DNA of 64,000 nucleotides from the IMG/VR virus record IMGVR_UViG_3300034082_002390, one strand, 5' to 3'. This stretch comes from an uncultured virus (IMG/VR IMGVR_UViG_3300034082_002390) (Duplodnaviria > Heunggongvirae > Uroviricota > Caudoviricetes). This document shows positions 36,597 through 45,343 of this stretch, piece by piece (position 1 is the stretch's first letter; each line of letters opens with the position of its first letter). The notes under the pieces were generated by a model that saw only the letters and a list, made by a program, of their open reading frames with translations, did not search any database and was not told the origin of the DNA. A program made the position numbers and the translations under genes.

Positions 36597-37344
36597 TGTC
36601 TTTCTCCTTGGTCCAAGTTATAATTTCCCAACGACCGTCCCAGTGTTCCACCAGTGCTGTACAGGATTCAACCCAATCACCGTCATTCATATATGCTACG
36701 CCGTTGATCTCTTTGATCTCTGCATGATGTATGTGTCCACAGATGACACCATCAAATCCACGTTTCTTGCAGTAGTTGGCCAAGTTTTCTTCAAACTTGA
36801 ACACAAAGTCTACTGCTTTTTTAACCTTGTACTTAAGATAACGGCTAAGGCTCCAGTAGCCAAACCCCAAGCGACGACGTACCCAATTAAACTTATTGTT
36901 GAGTTCAAGAACAAAGTCATACGCTTTATCTCCCAGAAATGCTATCCATGGTGCCAGACGGGTAATGCCATCAAACAAGTCTCCGTGTACCACAAGATAG
37001 TGCTTACCGTCTGCACCTATGTGCTCTGTCTGATTGTGTATTTCTATTAGGCCAAATGAGAAACCATACGGTATCATGGGTCTTAAGAACTCATCGTGAT
37101 TACCAGCAATGTACACAACGCGAGTACCACGCTTGGCATGCCCCAGTACTCTACGTACCACATTGGTATGACTTTGTTTCCAACGCCATTTGTTTTGCTG
37201 TATCTTCCATGCATCTATTATATCACCTACTAGATATAATGTATCACATGAGTTGTGTTTGAGAAAGTTGTTGAGACGATCGGCTTGACAATCTTTGGTT
37301 CCAAGGTGGACATCACTGACAAAGATTGATCGATAAGTCTTCAT
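36463..37344 (-). CDS. plcP: PlcP-type phospholipase C / LpxH-like metallophosphoesterase
   Basis: SDVHLG, LYLVGDIID, GNHDE, HGDLFD, GYWSLS..LK.KVKKAV, CGHIH and NDGDWVESCTAL. Confidence 0.8.
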   Translation of the reverse strand: MKTYRSIFVSDVHLGTKDCQADRLNNFLKHNSCDTLYLVGDIIDAWKIQQNKWRWKQSHTNVVRRVLGHAKRGTRVVYIAGNHDEFLRPMIPYGFSFGLIEIHNQTEHIGADGKHYLVVHGDLFDGITRLAPWIAFLGDKAYDFVLELNNKFNWVRRRLGFGYWSLSRYLKYKVKKAVDFVFKFEENLANYCKKRGFDGVICGHIHHAEIKEINGVAYMNDGDWVESCTALVEHWDGRWEIITWTKEKDNVATDTDSSSREQPSGHSRKNRTNIQRSTKLRDDLGVNEMAAKV

Positions 37345-37348
37345 CTAG

Positions 37349-37383
37349 TATTTAAGACAAAGACTGTTACAACTTTGTTACAA
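37349..37383 (-). promoter_or_regulatory. Pho-box-like tandem repeat + 11 bp + TAAATA (plcP promoter)
   Basis: TTGTAAC-AAAG-TTGTAAC (37383-37366), 11-nt spacer, TAAATA (37354-37349); ATG 4 nt downstream. Confidence 0.75.
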
Positions 37384-37404
37384 ATTCACAACGTAACAGA
37401 ATAT

Positions 37405-38250
37405 CTACTTTTGACTCAGGTGTTCTTTTGCCCGAGTTGCCACCCAATCAGCAGTGATTAAATCAAAGTGATGGCCATCACGTGCACGATCTCGAGATTT
37501 AACTGGCACAACTGTGGCATACACTGATTGACGTTTTGCCAAATTGTCTCTGAGTTCGTCTAGTCTTCCGTGTAAATTTTCTAGCTCGTGTAATATCCAA
37601 TCCGGTAATGAATTTAATTCTTCTACAGTAGCTGGAAAATTTACTGGCCAATCTGAGCCACGCATTGACTCCCAGGCATCAAGAATTGAATTACGGCAAA
37701 AAAAAGGTATTGCAAACTGCACAGAGTTTGCAATCAAATCAACTCTTTTTTTGCAATCTAAAAAATTTACCCAGTCGTCGTGATCAGTGCTGTCAATATT
37801 GTGAATTCTTCGAAGCTCGTCACTGAGTAACGTATTGGCATTTTCCCGACGATGCGTGTAACTCCACATTATTGCAATCTGCGTAGGATCTATAGCGTGA
37901 ACAATGTTTTCTGTGATTCTTGCAATCCATTCATTACTGGCACCATCCATTGATACATTTATGATACGTTGATTGGCAGCAGTTGACAACAGATATGGCC
38001 AGGTGTGTTCTAAAGGAGAACCCAGCCCCACAGTAAAGCTGTCACCAATACACCACACAGCGTCACGCAGGTCTTGCATGTTATCTGGCCATTCTTGATC
38101 ACGAAAGCCGCGACTGTTGTAGTTGTATGTTATGCTATGTGGATAAGATAAAAAGTGATTCTTATCCTTGCAATGATCAAAAGAATCTATTCCTGAAAAT
38201 TCACAGTGCTGATTTACACGACTAGACAGTACTAAATTGTGCAATATCAT
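37405..38250 (-). CDS. SGNH-like hydrolase-fold protein
   Basis: YNYNSRGFRD, CIGDSFTVG, DGASN and DGHH. Confidence 0.6.
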   Translation of the reverse strand: MILHNLVLSSRVNQHCEFSGIDSFDHCKDKNHFLSYPHSITYNYNSRGFRDQEWPDNMQDLRDAVWCIGDSFTVGLGSPLEHTWPYLLSTAANQRIINVSMDGASNEWIARITENIVHAIDPTQIAIMWSYTHRRENANTLLSDELRRIHNIDSTDHDDWVNFLDCKKRVDLIANSVQFAIPFFCRNSILDAWESMRGSDWPVNFPATVEELNSLPDWILHELENLHGRLDELRDNLAKRQSVYATVVPVKSRDRARDGHHFDLITADWVATRAKEHLSQK

Positions 38251-38268
38251 ATCACAATTTTGTTACAA
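38251..38268 (-). promoter_or_regulatory. Third Pho-box-like repeat
   Basis: TTGTAAC-AAAA-TTGTGAT abutting ATG 38250. Confidence 0.45.
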
Positions 38269-38271
38269 TGC

Positions 38272-38778
38272 TCAACTGTTCAACACCTTGGCAACACTAT
38301 TCATAACACTGGCAATACGCCCGATATCACGTAGGTTTTCTACAGTATAGCCTTCTTGTTTGAGTGTTTCGTAATGTGCTTTCACACAGAAGTGACACTT
38401 GCCCACAATACTTGCTGCCAAACTGAATGCTTCAAAGTTGCTCTTAGTTGTACCGCCATGGCTAGCAATGGCATTCATTCTCAACTGTGCTGGCAAACCT
38501 TTTAGAGCAGGATCGTCAACCATCTCAATGTAGGGATACCATACATTGTTCTGTGCCATGATGCTGGCAGCAGTCATTGCTGACTCTGCATGTACTGGTG
38601 CGTCTGCTAGCAAGATGCTTAGAACTTTGCCATTGCCAGTTGCTGCCAGTGCGGCCACAGCACAACCCATGGCCACATCAGCATCTAGAGTACTGCGAAC
38701 TAGAACAGCATCCAAATTTAACTTGGTGTCCTTGGCATAATCTGGCAATGCACCTTTTACTGATTCAATAAAACTCAT
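38272..38778 (-). CDS. ahpD: Alkyl hydroperoxide reductase AhpD
   Basis: LPDYAKDTKLNL, MAQNNVWY and ASIVGKCHFCVKAH (CxxC). Confidence 0.9.
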   Translation of the reverse strand: MSFIESVKGALPDYAKDTKLNLDAVLVRSTLDADVAMGCAVAALAATGNGKVLSILLADAPVHAESAMTAASIMAQNNVWYPYIEMVDDPALKGLPAQLRMNAIASHGGTTKSNFEAFSLAASIVGKCHFCVKAHYETLKQEGYTVENLRDIGRIASVMNSVAKVLNS

Positions 38779-39407
38779 TTTCTTTCCTCTATATTATAAA
38801 ACCAATCATCCCCGGCTGTCCACTTGCGTGTGCCATCCACTGTGAATATGGTCTGAGCAGCCTTGAAATCGGGGAATTTCACTGCACTGGAAATCAAACT
38901 TTGATCATACCACAAACAACGATTGTTGGGTTGGCAAGCAAACTGCCCATTTTCCAATCGGATAAAGTTAAAGCTCTTGTGTTCTTCAGCCACTTCAGTA
39001 AAGCCTGTGTCCACATCCATGCCGTCGGCACAGAAGTCTACTGTGAACAAATAGGTTCCGTGATGCCATTCTTTGTCTTTGCCCAGGAACTTCACTCCTA
39101 AATTACGCAGGCCTATTTTTTCAATGATAGTAAAACGATAGCCCATACAATCCCAGAGCTGTAGCGTATCTATAGGCAAATTGCCTGTGTGGTTTTCTTG
39201 CCACACATAAGCATGAATAGGCAATTTGTCGTACAGTGCTCCGTAGTTGGGTAACAAACTTTCAATACGAAACACCTGCCCTCGCAAGGCTTTGAGACTG
39301 ACCCAGATAGCGGGTTCCAATTCACCGTGACCTTTTTCAAAGTTATAAAGAAACTCACGTTTTACCCAACACTTGACAGGAGGCAATGATCCTACAATGT
39401 AACTCAT
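38775..39407 (-). CDS. Conserved hypothetical protein
   Basis: YGALYDKLPIHA, LQLWDC and GQFACQPNNR. Confidence 0.7.
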   Translation of the reverse strand: MSYIVGSLPPVKCWVKREFLYNFEKGHGELEPAIWVSLKALRGQVFRIESLLPNYGALYDKLPIHAYVWQENHTGNLPIDTLQLWDCMGYRFTIIEKIGLRNLGVKFLGKDKEWHHGTYLFTVDFCADGMDVDTGFTEVAEEHKSFNFIRLENGQFACQPNNRCLWYDQSLISSAVKFPDFKAAQTIFTVDGTRKWTAGDDWFYNIEERK

Positions 39408-39814
39408 TTTGTTTTCTCCGCTATTGTTTTATAACCCTTGTATGTAGGATGCACTTGATCCAGACTGGTATCATGCTTTTTAGCATCGATTACAAAATCC
39501 TTGTACTTGTCTGCTATTGCAAGAACTGCTCGTCTTTTATCTTCTTTTATGTTAGGCACAATCCAATAAACACGATCAGCCTCAACAAGTTGCCTGATTG
39601 TATCTAATTCTTCAAATGTGTTTATCTTTGCTGTGTCGTTTGACCCTAAACTAATAATCACAGTTTTTGCTTTGGTGTTTCCTTGTGTGTATAACACATG
39701 ACGATTCACATAGTCATAACTGTTAATACCACCCTTAGCGTAAGTGGCACATTCAGTTCTAATCTGTCCTATACCAACTGCTAGGCTATCGCCTAGAATC
39801 AAACATTCTAACAT
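39404..39814 (-). CDS. Small SGNH/GDSL hydrolase
   Basis: LGDSLA, SLGSND and DQVHP. Confidence 0.75.
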   Translation of the reverse strand: MLECLILGDSLAVGIGQIRTECATYAKGGINSYDYVNRHVLYTQGNTKAKTVIISLGSNDTAKINTFEELDTIRQLVEADRVYWIVPNIKEDKRRAVLAIADKYKDFVIDAKKHDTSLDQVHPTYKGYKTIAEKTK

Positions 39815-39815
39815 G

Positions 39816-40451
39816 TTAATATTTCCCTGATGCTAAAACAATTTGGCAAATGTGTTCTAATCGTTCGATGTGCTCAAACGCACGCCATGGTGTTGTGTCA
39901 ATAGCAACTACACCGTGACCCTTAATACCCACAATGTCAAAACCAATTGTTCCATCTTTTTGTAGCCACAAATTTTCATGACAACGATCAGCAAGTTCTT
40001 GACTGATAGGTGGAACATCGCCAACGTTCTTGGCCACTCGTGTATAGCGGCTAAGTTCTGGAAAGTCATCAACAATGGTACTCAAATCAATTCCGGCGTG
40101 CATGGCTGCAACACAGTAAGTAGGATGCAGGTGAACCACCACTCTAACATCGTTACTGTGCTGTCCCATGTTCTTCTGCAAACCAAAGTGCAATGGTAGT
40201 TCACCGCTTGGCTTTAGATTAGCACTGATATCAGTATAAGGAAGCTCGATTGCAGTAGGAGTAGTGTGACTGCCATTGCTGATACCAATCTTCTTAAACT
40301 GATCAGGTTGCATGGTCTGCTTACGGACGCCACTGGGTGTGATATAAAAGTGATCACGGTCGTGATGACGAATACTCACATTGCCATCACGACTGGTAAT
40401 CCAGTTGCGTCTATATGCTTCAACAAGTGTGTCGCATATAGTTTCTAACAT
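39816..40451 (-). CDS. Class II aldolase/adducin family protein
   Basis: DGNVS, ITPSGVRK, PSGELPLH, VVHLHP and GHGV. Confidence 0.88.
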   Translation of the reverse strand: MLETICDTLVEAYRRNWITSRDGNVSIRHHDRDHFYITPSGVRKQTMQPDQFKKIGISNGSHTTPTAIELPYTDISANLKPSGELPLHFGLQKNMGQHSNDVRVVVHLHPTYCVAAMHAGIDLSTIVDDFPELSRYTRVAKNVGDVPPISQELADRCHENLWLQKDGTIGFDIVGIKGHGVVAIDTTPWRAFEHIERLEHICQIVLASGKY

Positions 40452-40990
40452 TACAGTGTCTCGCCGCCCACTGTGCGGTTGCAAGCACACAGTTCGCCTG
40501 TTTGCAATGCGTCCAATACACGAAGCGTTTCTTCTGGGCTACGACCAACGTTCAAGTTGTTAACAGTAACGTGTTGGATTTCATTGTTTGGGTCAACAAT
40601 GAATGTTGCACGAAGTGCGGCACCTGCTGGAGCATAGAATACACCCAACTGCTCAATCAAGCTCAACTCACCACGCTGTGTATCAGCAAACTGGTGGTGT
40701 GTGATTTTACGCAAGTCATCGTGACTCTTTTGCCAGGCCACTTTGCAGAACTCATTGTCTGTTGAACCTGTTAGCAACACTGCATCACGATCAGCAAAGT
40801 CTTGTGCCAACTTGTCGTAGGCCACAATTTCTGTGGGGCAAACAAATGTGAAATCCTTGGGGTAGTACACAATTACTTTCCACTTGCCAGGGAAGCTGGT
40901 TGCGGTGATGTCATAAAATGCATCATCAGGTTGTCCGGGCTTGACGCCTGTGACTGTGAATGGGGCCAATTTATCGCCAACTGTTTTCAT
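40451..40990 (-). CDS. ahpC: Peroxiredoxin AhpC
   Basis: YPKDFTFVCPTEI and GELCACN. Confidence 0.95.
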   Translation of the reverse strand: MKTVGDKLAPFTVTGVKPGQPDDAFYDITATSFPGKWKVIVYYPKDFTFVCPTEIVAYDKLAQDFADRDAVLLTGSTDNEFCKVAWQKSHDDLRKITHHQFADTQRGELSLIEQLGVFYAPAGAALRATFIVDPNNEIQHVTVNNLNVGRSPEETLRVLDALQTGELCACNRTVGGETL

Positions 40991-41124
40991 TTTAGTTTCC
41001 TTTGTGTTAAAATGTTGAGTCTCAGTGTTTGTACTGAATGTTTATTGTAATAGTATATATCTATGAAATCAAGTAAATCTTAGATTTTTCCTATTGAATT
41101 TTTCTATAAGGTCAATTGGAAAAA

Positions 41125-41412
41125 TTAATACAGCATACGAATTAACCCTATGCTGTCAATTGTGGTCAGCAGAATATAGTTAGCGAGCATGCCAAAAGAT
41201 TTCCTAGTCCAACTAGCCCAAGCATACATAGAACACCCAAGAATCCAAGCGGGATAAAGAGCAAGAAGCGGTGGAGTGGGGACTGTGAGTGCCATAGTAA
41301 CACTGCAACCAATGCTAATAGCCCAAGCAAGCAACTCAATAACAAAACGAATTCTGTTAGATTTAAAGTCATCTCGAATCCAATCAACGGTGGGTTTTAA
41401 AAATTCATTCAT
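41125..41412 (-). CDS. Small membrane protein
   Basis: Three hydrophobic segments. Confidence 0.6.
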   Translation of the reverse strand: MNEFLKPTVDWIRDDFKSNRIRFVIELLAWAISIGCSVTMALTVPTPPLLALYPAWILGCSMYAWASWTRKSFGMLANYILLTTIDSIGLIRMLY

Positions 41413-42557
41413 GTTCTGTCGGGGAAAAAATCCTGCATCACACCTTCTCGATGCAAGTCCATGGTAACACAATGTATGCCGCCATCCCAGAAATATCTAT
41501 GACGGAAAGGTACTATGTGCGGAGTCATGCCATATCGGTCTAGTGCATCAAAAACTTGTTTGTTGTAGTTGAATACTATAACGTTCTTTGGGTCAATAAT
41601 CAACATGTTGACATCAAACACGGTTTCTTCAACGTACCCTGTCCAATTATCCAACCAAGTCTCTACTGTTTCCACAACATCGTTGTCGTGTTCAAATCCT
41701 GGGATCCACCACTTGCCTTTGTTTTTCTCTTTGAGAATCATAAAAGGTTTTACTTTTTCCCAGCTTTGGTTTTCCAAATAAATCACTTCCCAGCCCGGGA
41801 ATGTGTTTTTGTAAGTGGGCACATCATTGAGACTGACTATCAATCCTGGACACACTGGGCAGTATACTGCATCGCCGTGGCCACCAGTGTTGACAATATG
41901 ATTGCGAGTTTTGGGGAATCTTGAATTTACAAATTTCTGTTGTTCAACAATATTGTCAGTGTAGTTTTTTGTGGCAAAATACAAATCCTTGCCAATTCGA
42001 GATATCATTGCACCGTTGATCAGTAGGGGATTGTTTGAGTAATCAATTACTGGGTTTCCTTGCTGCCGAATATGGTCAAATATATGATCGTATCCAGACC
42101 TCTGATTCATCCAGGCTCGTTCGCGATCAAACCCAAATTGTTGTATGCATTCAAGCCGAATACGATCAGGTAATTTATCAAAGTCCTGCCAAGTCTCGCA
42201 GTCAGGCCAGCTGGCATCACGAATAGTGTTATAGAGTTTTGCAACTGTAGTTGGCGCATAAGACTGATAAAAATCATTACCAACCATGACCATAAAATCT
42301 CGTGGGGTCATTGGCGGCGGAGTAAACTTGCCATTCACAGTTTCAATCTGCTCCGGCAAGTTGGGCCGCATCACAGTGATTCCAAAACTTTTTAATTTTT
42401 GAATAATTGCCTGGTAGTCTTCTTCAGTTTCAATTGCAATTTTTTCAAACAAGGATCGAACATGTGGTATTTGAATCCAACTGTAAAATTCCGGAGGATA
42501 GCTTTGGCCAACCACACAGACTTTGAGTGGATCCCAGTGCTGATAAACATTATACAT
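41409..42557 (-). CDS. Amidinotransferase-fold (pentein) protein, paralogue 2
   Basis: WDPLKVCVVG, PRD, GHGD, FDVNML and DGGIHCVTMDLHREG. Confidence 0.82.
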   Translation of the reverse strand: MYNVYQHWDPLKVCVVGQSYPPEFYSWIQIPHVRSLFEKIAIETEEDYQAIIQKLKSFGITVMRPNLPEQIETVNGKFTPPPMTPRDFMVMVGNDFYQSYAPTTVAKLYNTIRDASWPDCETWQDFDKLPDRIRLECIQQFGFDRERAWMNQRSGYDHIFDHIRQQGNPVIDYSNNPLLINGAMISRIGKDLYFATKNYTDNIVEQQKFVNSRFPKTRNHIVNTGGHGDAVYCPVCPGLIVSLNDVPTYKNTFPGWEVIYLENQSWEKVKPFMILKEKNKGKWWIPGFEHDNDVVETVETWLDNWTGYVEETVFDVNMLIIDPKNVIVFNYNKQVFDALDRYGMTPHIVPFRHRYFWDGGIHCVTMDLHREGVMQDFFPDRT

Positions 42558-43572
42558 TTATAAATTTATTTGCAAAGGCATGACTAGCTAGATTTTTACC
42601 CTTGGCCTCGCACTGAATATCAAACTGTTCACTAAACTCGGCAGCCCAAGTGCTCACAGCGTCATTCCAATAAAAGTCGCTGTGTGCTCGGAGCTTTTGC
42701 TTTTTATAACCTCTAGCAAGAAGTTCAGCAAGATCGGGTCTAGTTCCCCGATCATGGTCCACCAAAACGTCTTCGCGACTAACTGAGTAGTGAAGACCAG
42801 GACGAGTACCGCGCCAAGAGTCAATAACCCGCTTGACACGATCGTCCTGCGGGGAGATGTATTCTCCTGAGTTGATCCAGTGGTGGTGTAGATCCAATAC
42901 CAGAGCCACATGCTGAGCCACAGCCAAAGTAGTGTCAAGTCCATTTGTCATCTCATCATTCTCGATGGTAATTAAGTTTCTTGCTTCGGGACTGAGCCTA
43001 CCCAGTGTACGCAAGAATTTAGTGGCACCACCTTTGCCACTTAAATGTACGTTGATCTTGAATCCATGATCATGCCATGTCGAACCATAGCCCATCCAAC
43101 GAGCCATGTCTGCATGATACTCAAATTCCAAGATTGAACGTTCTACAATTTCATCTGCTTCGCTTGCCAGCACACAAAATTGCCCAGGATGAAAGGATAA
43201 TCTAACACCAAGTCTGCGAGCAGCTTCACCAACTGGTGCAAAAATTTTAGCACAATGATCTTGCACATCCTTTTGTTTCCACCAGTTGATCCACGAAGGC
43301 TCTGTATAGCCCTGCAACATTTCGCTGCCTAGTCGTACCATGCGCAGGTGCTCAGGTAAACTGCCCACACGCTCAACCATTTTAAGTGCGGCAGAGGCAT
43401 TGTGATTCATAATGTCCCACTGGCGCTGTTCAGCTTCGTCTTTGTGCTCACGAAGCCAGCGCATTGTAGTTGATCGCCCGTTAAGGTCTCGATCTACTGC
43501 ATTGACTTTCATGCCGCCACATTCACTTGGATCATTAAGCCATTTGCAACAGAATCCAACACGAGGTACCAT
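42550..43572 (-). CDS. uvsE: UV damage endonuclease
   Basis: RVGFCCK, RLSFHPGQF, ENDE, LDLHHH, HSD and EAKGK. Confidence 0.9.
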   Translation of the reverse strand: MVPRVGFCCKWLNDPSECGGMKVNAVDRDLNGRSTTMRWLREHKDEAEQRQWDIMNHNASAALKMVERVGSLPEHLRMVRLGSEMLQGYTEPSWINWWKQKDVQDHCAKIFAPVGEAARRLGVRLSFHPGQFCVLASEADEIVERSILEFEYHADMARWMGYGSTWHDHGFKINVHLSGKGGATKFLRTLGRLSPEARNLITIENDEMTNGLDTTLAVAQHVALVLDLHHHWINSGEYISPQDDRVKRVIDSWRGTRPGLHYSVSREDVLVDHDRGTRPDLAELLARGYKKQKLRAHSDFYWNDAVSTWAAEFSEQFDIQCEAKGKNLASHAFANKFINV

Positions 43573-43589
43573 AGCAATTCCCGGTAAAG

Positions 43590-44147
43590 TTATTTTGTTA
43601 GTAATTGTAACACGTTTTCCATTATATCGCAAGTGAGATTTGGCAATTCTTGGTAATGTTTACCAAGATCAACAGCGTGATCTACCAGAACGTATTGTGT
43701 AGTAGGGTTATTCTGGAACAAACTGCGCATGAGTCCATGATAATTTTGTAGTTGTTCAACTTGGTCAGATGATTCTAATTTCTGACCCAACCCAAGATCA
43801 AACCCCAACATCAGTATGATGCTGTTGGTTTGGCTGGCCAAGTGCAATGATATAATGTCATCAAATCTGTGAACTGGATGGTTGTACTCACCATCATATG
43901 CTTTGAGGCCTGGCTGGCTACCAATTTTTAGATATACATCACGAGCAACGTAAAAATTGCACACAGCATGAAATGCCTTGGAAATTAATGCATTTGCCTC
44001 AGCTGAGTCTGAGCAAACTACATTGTCTGTTTGATTGTTTTTCCAGGTGCGCCACGATCCCCAGCTGGGACCAATTGACTTGATGGCTGCTGTGTCAACC
44101 AATATGTTTGGTTGATATGTTGATGCATATACCCAACTTATTTGCAT
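43590..44147 (-). CDS. Hypothetical protein
   Basis: ILMLGFDL motif; coupled ORF. Confidence 0.55.
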   Translation of the reverse strand: MQISWVYASTYQPNILVDTAAIKSIGPSWGSWRTWKNNQTDNVVCSDSAEANALISKAFHAVCNFYVARDVYLKIGSQPGLKAYDGEYNHPVHRFDDIISLHLASQTNSIILMLGFDLGLGQKLESSDQVEQLQNYHGLMRSLFQNNPTTQYVLVDHAVDLGKHYQELPNLTCDIMENVLQLLTK

Positions 44148-45343
44148 TATACTGCCCTTAAAGGATTCCACTGAAAGGATCCCAGGCAAACCCAAGCAAA
44201 TGGTGCATCGATCTGAGGATCATTATTCAGCACTAGATCGCCACGAGTACCAGCCCAGCCCGGCACTGCATTAGAATGAGAAATTCTCCAACGGTCAATT
44301 CGTAACTTTGGTGCTACCACAAGACCGTCTGATTCAATACTGAGGTGGCGTCCACGGTTAACACCCAAAGACAATGTGCCCGGGCGGGCCGTTCCAATGT
44401 ATGCAGTGTCTTTGGCCAGCTTGCCAACAATCACGGTGGTTTCTTCGTCCCACACTGTCAGTGCCATTTCTGGGTGGTTGGTATTGATACCAACACGTTT
44501 ATTAGTCACTGCAAGAGTATCATTAAATGCTGCCGGACCAGCAACATCTAGTTCTCTCAAAATTCCAAGTGCTTGTATGTTTGTGTCAGTGATTGCCGAA
44601 CTCAATTGGTTGCCAGTCACTAACGGTTGTCCATTAACAAGCACTTCAGAAAAATCAATACCTTGTGATTTACTTAATTCTAAAACCTGTACTACCAGTG
44701 ACTGTTTCCAGTCCTCAGTAATTTGATTTAGAGTTTTGGCTGCGGTCTTGTCAATAACTTCGTCCCATGCTGTGTTGTCAACATTGACTACTCCGCGAAC
44801 TGCAAGATTATTCACTGATAAACTGCCGCCCACTGTGATATCTTTAGTTACATCAATGTCAGTTGCCGACACTTTGTGTGCTACATTTATACCATTGTCA
44901 TCAATTGTCAATTGTAATTCTGTTGCAGTATCAGTAATACCCAGTGTTTTAAAATCTTTCTTGAACCGATCTCTCCAGCGATCAATGCCGGCGTCGATTT
45001 GACCAACTAGCAAACTGTTAAGATCAATATTACTAATTTGTGACAGCAACCTTTGTGTCATTTGTTGATTGACTTGTGTTTCAATCTTGTTGATCCAGGC
45101 TTGGTCCAAAATCAAGTTATCAATAGTGGCAGACACCATGGTCTGTACCGCGCTATCAACAGCTTGAGTCATTGTAGAGATACTAGAAAATCTAGCAGAT
45201 ATTTTTTCTTCTACGAATTTAGTAATTTGTTTTTCAAGATCAGTTTGCCAATTTTTGTCAGATGTGATATCTTCAACGTGTTTATTAACTGATCGAATAA
45301 GTTCTTGTTCAACAAGCGTTGGTAATAAGTTAGGGTCAAGCAT
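44147..45343 (-). CDS. Putative virion structural protein
   Basis: Helical N-terminus; RVGINTNHP and C-terminal GDLVLN...WVCLG tail-fibre-like motifs. Confidence 0.55.
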   Translation of the reverse strand: MLDPNLLPTLVEQELIRSVNKHVEDITSDKNWQTDLEKQITKFVEEKISARFSSISTMTQAVDSAVQTMVSATIDNLILDQAWINKIETQVNQQMTQRLLSQISNIDLNSLLVGQIDAGIDRWRDRFKKDFKTLGITDTATELQLTIDDNGINVAHKVSATDIDVTKDITVGGSLSVNNLAVRGVVNVDNTAWDEVIDKTAAKTLNQITEDWKQSLVVQVLELSKSQGIDFSEVLVNGQPLVTGNQLSSAITDTNIQALGILRELDVAGPAAFNDTLAVTNKRVGINTNHPEMALTVWDEETTVIVGKLAKDTAYIGTARPGTLSLGVNRGRHLSIESDGLVVAPKLRIDRWRISHSNAVPGWAGTRGDLVLNNDPQIDAPFAWVCLGSFQWNPLRAV

